This document shows, piece after piece, positions 20,100 through 27,622 of a DNA stretch of 64,000 nucleotides. How positions within the stretch are numbered: the stretch's first letter is position 1; every line of letters begins with the position of its first letter. Where the stretch lies: the NCBI GenBank assembly GCA_021780755.1, contig JAJXYF010000008.1, positions 66,621 through 130,620 of the forward strand. The letters run 5' to 3'. Below the pieces are notes generated by a model, which saw only the letters and a program-made list of their open reading frames with translations, did not search any database and was not told the origin of the DNA. The position numbers and the translations under genes were made by a program. This DNA is from Deltaproteobacteria bacterium. Its GTDB lineage: Bacteria; Desulfobacterota; Binatia; Binatales; Binataceae.

Positions 20100-20202
20100 A
20101 ACCGCCGGCTAATGCGACGAAGTTTAGATCTCTACGACAAGGGCGCGCGGGCGCATTTAGTTCAGGTGTGAAGCCAATACTCATTTGGTTTTATCCGTGC
20201 GA

Positions 20203-22689
20203 TTAGCGATTGACTTTATCAGTTAGTGTCTTGATGGTCTCCCGCAACTGCGGATCCTCGGGAGTGAGCGCATAGAGGCGCTGGGCATAGGTCAACGCCT
20301 CGGCAGGTTTTCCGGTCTCATCGCAAATGCTCACAAGTGCGGCGAGTGAATCGTGATCGTAGGGATGTGTAGTGAGGTTGCGTTCGAGCGTATCGATGGC
20401 TTGGACGGTCTGGCCGTTGTCATTTAGCGCGATTGCGTATACGTATGCGTACCGGGTGTTTGCGGGATCCAATCGAGCGGCAGCGGCAAACAGGGCCAGC
20501 GCTTTTTGGCCTTCTCTCTGACGCACCATCAGGAGACCGAGGGTGTGCTGTAGCGAGGCGTCGTTGGGCGAACGGCGGATAGCATCCTCGAGGATTTGTT
20601 CGCCCTCGGCGTCCCGGTCCTGTCCGCGATAAAGGTCGGCAAGATTGATGGCGGCCGGGGCAAAGGCGGGGTCGAGTGACAATGCGGTTTTGAGTTCGGC
20701 CTCGGCACGGCCGAAGTGCTTTTCCCGCGCATAGAGCGACCCGAGATCCAGATGTGCTTCGGGTCTATCGGCGTTTAATGACTGAGCGGCGATGTACTCG
20801 TCGGTAGCGCTGGCCAGGGCGTCCGCGTCGTTGGCTGGGAAGGCGCCGGAGGGCGGTCCGGCCAGCACCTCGGCAGTCTCGATGCGAACCGAGCGCACGG
20901 GATCGCTCAGCAGGGGCGCGAGCGTCATTGCGGACGCCGCAGGGTCGGAGTTGGCAAGTGCGCGGGCGGCGGCACTCCTGACCAGCGGCGACGGGTCGGT
21001 GATCCCGTCGCGAATCGCGGCATCGATTGGAGATGGTGCGAGGTTGGAGAGCATCGATAGGGCGGTGGCCCGGGCAATCGCGGGCTGAGCGCGATCGGAG
21101 GCGAGCGCGGTGAGCGATTGCGGTGCTTCCGGCGTCTCCTGGGTTCCGGCCTCAAGTGCGGCAGCAAAATGCTGAAAGCCGACTGGCGTTCGTCCGTACC
21201 ATTTTTCGATCGCATCCGCAGCCCACTGGGCTGGTTTCTCCTGGTGACAATTGGTGCACGCATTGGGTGTCCCGAGTTTGACTGACAGGTCCGGGCGAGG
21301 GATGCGGAGGCTATGATCGCGGCGCGCATCGATCACCATATAGGTGCGCGTGGGCATGTGACATTCGACGCATCGCGCACCGGGCGATCCCATCTGATGA
21401 AAGTGATGTTTCGACGAATCGTAGCGCGGAGCGGAATGGCACTGCAGACAGACGCCGTTGCCGTCGGCGCGGAGCTTGAGGTTATGAGGTTCGTGGCAAT
21501 CGCTGCAGGTGACACCGGCGTGGTACATTTTGCTCTGGACGAAGGAGCCGTACTCATAGACTTCGCCCTTGATTTGGCCGTCCGGAAAATAGAGTTCCTG
21601 ATCGAGTAGCGCAACGCGATAATCGTCGCCGAGCGGTTGACCGTGGACGAAGTCTTCGCGGATGGCGCCGCGACGCGAATGGCAGCGGGCGCACATCTGG
21701 ATTTCGCGCTCTGAGGTGCGTGGCGCGCTGCGCGCTGGACTGCCGGTGAGGGAATTTATCGACCAGTCGATTCCGTCGCGTTCGTTGAGGGCGATAGTCA
21801 ATCCGTGATCGGCATCGAATTTACGCCATTCGCCCTGTTTGCGCGCCCACGCGTCATGATTCGAACCGGGCCCGTGGCACGCCTCGCAGGATACGCCGAT
21901 CTCGGAATAGCTAGTGGCATAAGCGCGCGTTCGCAAGTTGTAGTTCTTGCGCAAATTAGTCGAGTGACAATCCGCACACATGTAATTCCAGGTCTGGTCG
22001 ATAGCGGTCCAGTGGAGCGGATCGGAGGGCGAGGTGTTCTGGCCGGGATAGAGGAAGAACCAGCGCTGGCCTCCGCGCTCACGCGGGCGGCTGTCCCAGG
22101 CGATACCGAACGCCTGCAAGCGACCGCCGGGCATCGCGATGAGATATTGCTGCAGCGGATATACGCCAAAGGTGTATTTGATTTCGTAATCGTGAAGGGC
22201 GCCGTCGGGGCCGTTGGTGCGGACCATGAACTTCGAGTTACGGCGAAAGAAGGTCGAAACGACGCGATCGTTGGTCATACCGGCGTGGTTGAAATCGCCG
22301 AGGACCGAGGCGGTCGTTGCCGGCAGCATAGCCATTTGATGATGGGAGCCGCGCCATAGAGTACTTTCGCGTCGATGACAGTTCGCGCATTGAGCGGAGC
22401 CCACGAATTTAGCGGCCGGGGTGGAAGACACCGGGGTGGAAGACGTGTTCAACACAATCGGGAGACCAAGGGATTCGCGTGTCGATCGCGTCCAGAAGGC
22501 AACGCCGGCGATCGATAAGATTGCGATCGGGAGGAGCCACGCGAGGTGCCGGAATCTGTGAGTCGATCGCGGCTGCGACAGGGACGGTCGCGCAGGCGGC
22601 GCGAGGTCGCGATTTGGCGCCACATCAGCCCGCTTTCGTCCGGCCCTTTTTCTCTTACTCAAGCTCCAGCTCTTCCCGCCATGCGGCAT
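20203..22689 (-). CDS. Membrane-anchored octaheme c-type cytochrome with HEAT/TPR C-terminus
   Basis: Eight CxxCH motifs (CANCH, CADCH, CEACH, CARCH, CSDCH, CLQCH, CVECH, CTNCH), an N-terminal TM helix, HEAT-like (DPSPLVR, DPVRSVR) and TPR-like repeats. Confidence 0.88.
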   Translation of the reverse strand: MPHGGKSWSLSKRKRAGRKRADVAPNRDLAPPARPSLSQPRSTHRFRHLAWLLPIAILSIAGVAFWTRSTRESLGLPIVLNTSSTPVSSTPAAKFVGSAQCANCHRRESTLWRGSHHQMAMLPATTASVLGDFNHAGMTNDRVVSTFFRRNSKFMVRTNGPDGALHDYEIKYTFGVYPLQQYLIAMPGGRLQAFGIAWDSRPRERGGQRWFFLYPGQNTSPSDPLHWTAIDQTWNYMCADCHSTNLRKNYNLRTRAYATSYSEIGVSCEACHGPGSNHDAWARKQGEWRKFDADHGLTIALNERDGIDWSINSLTGSPARSAPRTSEREIQMCARCHSRRGAIREDFVHGQPLGDDYRVALLDQELYFPDGQIKGEVYEYGSFVQSKMYHAGVTCSDCHEPHNLKLRADGNGVCLQCHSAPRYDSSKHHFHQMGSPGARCVECHMPTRTYMVIDARRDHSLRIPRPDLSVKLGTPNACTNCHQEKPAQWAADAIEKWYGRTPVGFQHFAAALEAGTQETPEAPQSLTALASDRAQPAIARATALSMLSNLAPSPIDAAIRDGITDPSPLVRSAAARALANSDPAASAMTLAPLLSDPVRSVRIETAEVLAGPPSGAFPANDADALASATDEYIAAQSLNADRPEAHLDLGSLYAREKHFGRAEAELKTALSLDPAFAPAAINLADLYRGQDRDAEGEQILEDAIRRSPNDASLQHTLGLLMVRQREGQKALALFAAAARLDPANTRYAYVYAIALNDNGQTVQAIDTLERNLTTHPYDHDSLAALVSICDETGKPAEALTYAQRLYALTPEDPQLRETIKTLTDKVNR

Positions 22690-22787
22690 ACGATCAATTT
22701 CGAGATTGCCAAGGAGCGGACCGATGTGCGAAGGATCAATCAGATATCGACGATGCTACCATAGTGAATCTCAGTTCGAGAAGTATT

Positions 22788-22919
22788 ATGCGCGGGATCG
22801 GTACGCTGCCCTTTTTGCTGGCCGCATTGCTGTTGGCAGCCTGTACGCAATCATTATCTTTCGCATCCGAGCAGGCCGCGGGTGAGGCGACCAGGTCCTG
22901 TGGACTACCGGCAAACTGA
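22788..22919 (+). CDS. Possible small lipoprotein (43 aa) or lipoprotein remnant
   Basis: MRGIGTLPFLLAALLLAAC: basic N-terminus, hydrophobic core and lipobox LAAC. Confidence 0.35.
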   Translation: MRGIGTLPFLLAALLLAACTQSLSFASEQAAGEATRSCGLPAN

Positions 22920-23089
22920 CCCCCGCTCGAGCGCCAACAGCTTCAGACCAACCGGATGGATCGTGCGCGAAGGCTCGCAACTCTAACGCAGGCACTTGCT
23001 CGATGACCAATCGGAGCTGACGGAAACGACTGGTCCGACTACATCGCAAAGCAACACTCTGAAAAGACCAAGAGGAAGAGGTAGAGAAA

Positions 23090-23854
23090 ATGAATAACTC
23101 GGCGAAAAACCTGAAGCTCGTGACCGGCTTCGCGTCGGTAATTCTGGCCGGATGGCTATTGGCGGGCTGCTCGCAGACCGCGGCACCGGCACCCAACATC
23201 ATCGAGCGCGCTCAAGGAGAGACTGCGGCGCCGCCCCCGCCCAGCGGGTTTCTCGGCAGTGACTATTCTCTGATGACGCCACCCGCGGAGGGGAGCGATC
23301 AGAAAGCGATGCTCCGGTACGTTAATCCAAGCGTAAACTGGAGTAGCTACAATCAGATCATGATGGCGCCGGTTACCTTCTGGGCCGCCGATGATTCGAA
23401 AGTATCCGCCGCCGACCAGCAGGCTCTCTGCAACTACGCATACAACGAGTTTGTCAAAGTCCTCGGTAAGAACTTCATTCTCACGAGTCAACCCGGACCG
23501 GGGGTGATGAAGGTATCGCTCGCCTTGACCGATGCCACCTCGGCCGTCCCGGGCCTTCGCAGCATTTCCGTGTTAGTGCCGCAGGCGCGCGCGCTTAGTG
23601 CGATCAAGAAGTTGGCGACCGGCTCGTACGCCTTCGTGGGTTCGGCGCAGGGCGCCTTTAAGGCAAACGACTCCGTTTCGGGAGAGCTACTAGCCGCCGC
23701 GGTTGACAAGCGGGTCGGCGGTACGTCGATCAAAAACGTGGACGTGTTCCAGTGGGGTGATGCCGAAAACGCAATTGACTACTGGGCAGGCTTGACCGAC
23801 CAGCGCCTGGTTGCGTTCGGCGTGCAGAGCAGTGGATCGAGGGCCGGCAACTGA
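23090..23854 (+). CDS. DUF3313-like lipoprotein
   Basis: Lipobox LAGC, SGFL..DYS, DSVSGELLAAAVDKRVGG, W.DA..AIDYWA. Confidence 0.75.
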   Translation: MNNSAKNLKLVTGFASVILAGWLLAGCSQTAAPAPNIIERAQGETAAPPPPSGFLGSDYSLMTPPAEGSDQKAMLRYVNPSVNWSSYNQIMMAPVTFWAADDSKVSAADQQALCNYAYNEFVKVLGKNFILTSQPGPGVMKVSLALTDATSAVPGLRSISVLVPQARALSAIKKLATGSYAFVGSAQGAFKANDSVSGELLAAAVDKRVGGTSIKNVDVFQWGDAENAIDYWAGLTDQRLVAFGVQSSGSRAGN

Positions 23855-23890
23855 GTATTCGAAACTTGCGTAATCGGTCCAGGCGGGAAC

Positions 23891-24063
23891 GTCACCTGGT
23901 CCGATGGTGGTAACACTCCTTTTGCCGGCGGTAAGGGGACGGCATTGGAAGCCGGATTTCGCGTGCCGCGATCCTTCATTGGCCCGGTAAAGTGCCCGCC
24001 AACAAGATCGAAAATGGAATTGTCTCCGGACTCGACTGGTTTCCGACTTTCGTCGCCGCCATC
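23891..24063 (+). pseudogene. Arylsulfatase internal fragment with frameshift
   Basis: TWSDGGNTPFAGGKGTALEAGFRVP, then in a shifted frame ILHWPGKVPANKIENGIVSGLDWFPTFVAA. Matches the sulfatase GxKG...EGG.RVP...WPG...D..PT segment. Confidence 0.75.
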
Positions 24064-24131
24064 CGCACCCAGGCCCGCCCCCCATCGCTAACGTCGTAAC
24101 TAGTAGGTGAAAGCCGACGGACTAGAATATC

Positions 24132-24908
24132 GTGGATCAAATTCGCAAAGCGATCTCCGAGCGTCTGTTCCCACATCGGCACACCGCCTTGCTGGTCGCG
24201 ATTGTGGCGTTGTTGGGGGTGCGCCCGTTAATCAGCGGCGCGGGGGCCGGTTCCGCAATGTACAGTGTAATGGCCATGCTTTTGCTGATGGTCGCGCTCT
24301 ACACCATCCAGGTGGATGAACTACAAGGCGATCGGGAAGTACTCCTCAAGCAGCGGAAGAACCGTGGCGTCGTCGGATGGGTTCTCGCGATCATCGCGAT
24401 CATTTTGCGCCTCGCGGAACTCGTGTCTCCAAACCATCAACTGGCTACCGCTACTTCAATTGTATGGCTGCTGTTTTTCATTTTTGTCACGCTGACGGAG
24501 TTGCGTGCGGTGCTCAAACAAAGAACCGTCACCAGCGAGACCATCAGCATGTCGATTTCCGTTTACCTGTTGATGGGACTGACCTGGGGTCTGCTCTTTA
24601 TCATGTTGTTCGACTTTCAGCCGAACGCGTTCAGTTTTGGAAGTGCTCCGGTTCCGACCGATCAGCAAGTCACGCCGGTCCTGATTTACTTCAGTCTGAC
24701 GACGTTGGCGACGGTCGGCTATGGCGATATCACTCCCGTGACCTTGCAAGCCCGCTATGCGGCGGTGGCCGAAGGAATCGCTGGTCAATTCTATCTGGCT
24801 ATTCTGGTCGCGCGATTGGTAGGTGTGCAGATGAGTCAGTCCGCCAGTCAAAACGCGAAAAATTCATCGAGCGACTCCGAGTCCAAAGACTCAGCGGAAT
24901 GCGACTGA
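24132..24908 (+). CDS. Potassium channel family protein (Ion_trans_2)
   Basis: Multiple TM helices and the pore signature YFSLTTLATVGYGDITP. Confidence 0.85.
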   Translation: MDQIRKAISERLFPHRHTALLVAIVALLGVRPLISGAGAGSAMYSVMAMLLLMVALYTIQVDELQGDREVLLKQRKNRGVVGWVLAIIAIILRLAELVSPNHQLATATSIVWLLFFIFVTLTELRAVLKQRTVTSETISMSISVYLLMGLTWGLLFIMLFDFQPNAFSFGSAPVPTDQQVTPVLIYFSLTTLATVGYGDITPVTLQARYAAVAEGIAGQFYLAILVARLVGVQMSQSASQNAKNSSSDSESKDSAECD

Positions 24909-24995
24909 CTATATTCGCGAAGACGGCGCCTAAGGTGCCGCGCAGCTTTCGCCGCACAATGCGTTCACCCGCGTCGCATGCGTGCGCGCGGCAAC

Positions 24996-25880
24996 TTATT
25001 CACGGTTTTTCAATTGCGCACTCTCGTTTAGTCCATATACCATCGCGGTCTTGGTCGTGCCCAATTTGATCCATTCCGCGCAATCCAGTTGGACGCGCTT
25101 GTAAAATTCTTCCGAGAGCTCGAGAGACTCCTTGTTTACCTCTTCGAGCCGATCGAATTTGCACTGAAAGGCGAACTCGCCCGATAGCGACTTCTCCAGC
25201 GCCCGGCTGCGCCAAATTGCGATCGTGGTCTTACCCTTGAAATGGTGCCCGAAGTGGATCACCCCCATCGTATTCTGGACTTCCTCGACCGCTACGTTAT
25301 TAACCAGTGCCATCTTGGTTCGGGGCAGAATATTGATGTGTTTCAAGGTCGGAAATGCCCGCGTGATGTCTTCGACGCCGCGATCGAGCTCGATGTTCGG
25401 TGACGTCAGCACGCATCCGTGCGAATAGACGCTGCGCATCCCGCCCAGCCGATCGCGCTCGAGTAACAATTCCTCTTTGAACTTTATCTCGTCATGCCCA
25501 CCTAATTGCGGACGCACGTCAACGGTGGCGGCGGACTTTAGTTCCGGGTCCCGGTATTTGAAAGTGAGCTCGTGGCCGGGGCGGGGCCATCCCTGATCGT
25601 AAAAAGTACGTTTACGTAAGATGAAATGATGGTTATAAAGATCGAACTGCGGCGTGTCATAAAAGAGCACTTCCCGCACCTGACTATCGAATGCGTGTGC
25701 GTCAACGTCCACCTTGAGTCCGAGTTTTTTGAGCGTCTTCGACGCCCTTTCCCAAAATTCGAGAAAGCCGTGTTTGCTCGTAAACCGATCGGGCTGCAGC
25801 AGGATTTTGTACTCGCGGTAATGTACTACGTCGCTGGCGAGATGCTGCGTCTCGGAATGCTTGCTGATGTGCTTGTCCAT
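24996..25880 (-). CDS. Hypothetical protein, CYTH/triphosphate-tunnel-like
   Basis: N-terminal ExK (REYK), FYDT..FDL....ILRKR, LTFKYR, KFKEE, E..F. This pattern is typical of tunnel metalloenzymes. Confidence 0.5.
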   Translation of the reverse strand: MDKHISKHSETQHLASDVVHYREYKILLQPDRFTSKHGFLEFWERASKTLKKLGLKVDVDAHAFDSQVREVLFYDTPQFDLYNHHFILRKRTFYDQGWPRPGHELTFKYRDPELKSAATVDVRPQLGGHDEIKFKEELLLERDRLGGMRSVYSHGCVLTSPNIELDRGVEDITRAFPTLKHINILPRTKMALVNNVAVEEVQNTMGVIHFGHHFKGKTTIAIWRSRALEKSLSGEFAFQCKFDRLEEVNKESLELSEEFYKRVQLDCAEWIKLGTTKTAMVYGLNESAQLKNRE

Positions 25881-26035
25881 GGATCGAATTGCACCATAAT
25901 CGTATTAACAAGGCGAGTAGTATATGAGCGGGCACGCGGTAAGGAATGCTCCGAACCTGACGGTGAATTTCGCTCCATCGACAATTTTGTCGTGTGGCTA
26001 ACAGCCCCCTGTGTGGCCGAGGGCCGGATAGAACG

Positions 26036-26072
26036 AATAGAGGGGCGTCCCGACGGACGTCCCTCTATTTTT
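26036..26072 (+). terminator. Rho-independent terminator-like hairpin
   Basis: AATAGAGGGGCGTCC-CGAC-GGACGTCCCTCTATT followed by TTT. 15-bp stem with one G-U pair on the + strand. Confidence 0.65.
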
Positions 26073-26185
26073 ATCTGGTTTTATTGAGCGTCCAGATGCT
26101 CAATAATATTCCAGGCGACCAGAGAGAAATTGGAGTTCCCCTCAGGGAGAATTCCTTTCCGCTGTTGCTCCGCTCGGGTTCCGGG

Positions 26186-26374
26186 TCAGGACCCGACTCC
26201 CTTGTTGCCTTTGGTTCCCGGTGAACCGTCACCACGGCTCCCAGGCTTTTTGGTCAGATCGGCTACCTTGCCGTAATCGATGACTTGAGGTTCCCGGTAT
26301 GGTTTTTTGTCGGCCGCTTTCCCACTCACCACCCGTTCCTCTGCCCAGTGCTGTCCAGATTGAAATTTCCTCAT
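26186..26374 (-). CDS. Lasso RiPP-type leader-peptide-containing precursor (62 aa)
   Basis: KKPYREPQVIDYGKVADLT fits YxxPx(L/V)xxxGxxxxxT, followed by the Gly-rich core KPGSRGDGSPGTKGNKGVGS. GAGAGG RBS ~8 nt before ATG, 25 nt downstream of the previous gene. Confidence 0.75.
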   Translation of the reverse strand: MRKFQSGQHWAEERVVSGKAADKKPYREPQVIDYGKVADLTKKPGSRGDGSPGTKGNKGVGS

Positions 26375-26399
26375 AGAAATAAACCTCTCTCTCGGCTTT

Positions 26400-27347
26400 T
26401 CAGCCGGCGCACGCCGGCAGCGAAAGCCCAGTGGCTGGTGCGAAATGTACGGTTAAATTCGGTCCGGTGGTGAGGCCGTAGTCGCAAATGATCGCGCCAT
26501 TGATCGTTACACCACTGCCCAGACTGCAAGTGTAGCCACCATGCACCGATCCGAAGACAACGCTGGAATTATTGAGAAAGACTGATGGTGTCGTCGCCGG
26601 CGGATTAAATCCTGCTGGCTCGGTGGTCGTGGTTATCCAGACGTTCTGCGCCAACAGACCACCTGCCAGTACGATTTTCGCGCCGTATCCAAGGCTCATG
26701 TTTCCAGGGGTCTCGAGAATGACCTGGTCGAGACTTCCCCCTTGGAGGGTCAAAACCGACGAACCTCCCATCGTGATACTCGGCGTACTGATGACGTTGA
26801 GGCCATTGGGTACCGCGTCGGTGACGGTCTGCGTCTTGCTGGCCGCCAGATTGACCGCCGGAATCGACTGCGTGGGCGCCAGGCAAGTGACCGCGTAATC
26901 AAAGTCTTCCTCCTGATTGACCGCACTGGCGATTAGCGCGATATCGGGATTGGTATTCGTCGTGTCCTCATTGGCGCAGGTTGCGCCAGTACCCAGCGTT
27001 ATCGCGCCACCGTCAGTCACGCAGGTTCCCGCGACGTGAGCATAATTGGCGAGAGAAATCGTCGCTCCGGGTCCGAGTTCGAACAGCGATGTAACAACGT
27101 CTCCCGGGATCATCGTGTTGTTCCCACCAATAGTGACGTTACCGTAGGTCGCGCCCACGTCCGTGCTCGTCCCCGTGATTACGGTATGGTTGCCAAGAAC
27201 GAGCGGACCCGCGTCCGAGATCACCGCGAAATCAACCGCGGACCCCAATGTGACCTGCGCATTGGCTAGGCCTGCCAGAGCAAGGCACGAGATGCTCGCA
27301 CACATTGCTAAAGACGCCCGCAACCCCCACCTACCTGAGTTCGTCAT
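26400..27347 (-). CDS. Secreted ice-binding-like (DUF3494-type beta-solenoid) protein, paralog 1
   Basis: Signal peptide (..LANA|Q), VTLGSAVDFAVIS, ITG..DVG, IVLAGGLLAQNVW, SVVFGSV, VTINGAI. AGGAGGAG RBS before ATG 27347. Confidence 0.65.
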   Translation of the reverse strand: MTNSGRWGLRASLAMCASISCLALAGLANAQVTLGSAVDFAVISDAGPLVLGNHTVITGTSTDVGATYGNVTIGGNNTMIPGDVVTSLFELGPGATISLANYAHVAGTCVTDGGAITLGTGATCANEDTTNTNPDIALIASAVNQEEDFDYAVTCLAPTQSIPAVNLAASKTQTVTDAVPNGLNVISTPSITMGGSSVLTLQGGSLDQVILETPGNMSLGYGAKIVLAGGLLAQNVWITTTTEPAGFNPPATTPSVFLNNSSVVFGSVHGGYTCSLGSGVTINGAIICDYGLTTGPNLTVHFAPATGLSLPACAG

Positions 27348-27622
27348 CAAAACTCCTCCTCGGGCTGAGTACCTGCTACCTGACGTTAGATCAACTAACG
27401 GTTTCATTCGCCGCTTTTGCAAGGCAAATCGATAATCGCAGAAACGACGTGCACATTAAAGTGGTTTGGGTCACTTTTGTGTTTCGACGGTAAGTATTTA
27501 GCTTATAATCATCTATCAGTGGCAGGCACTTTGCGTGACGTTCTATTTCCGCCTTTGGCGTCATTGCTCTGTCGCCGCGTCTTGCGGCTGCAGCGCATCG
27601 CTGTGCGTCGATCGACGCACCC

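Noticed and set aside
22415..22445. 15-nt tandem repeat (CCGGGGTGGAAGAC) in the cytochrome gene
   Set aside because: In-frame linker duplication (SSTP x2) with no evidence of function.
26228..26236. RGD in the peptide core as an integrin-binding signal
   Set aside because: A tripeptide in a Gly-rich sequence is easily chance, the Asp would probably be consumed in ring closure, and there is no sign of host association.
27520..27535. TGGCAGGCACTTTGCG, a correctly spaced GG-N10-GC motif
   Set aside because: It is on the plus strand while both flanking genes are on the minus strand, and there is no gene to drive. Could be chance or antisense, and is unsupported.
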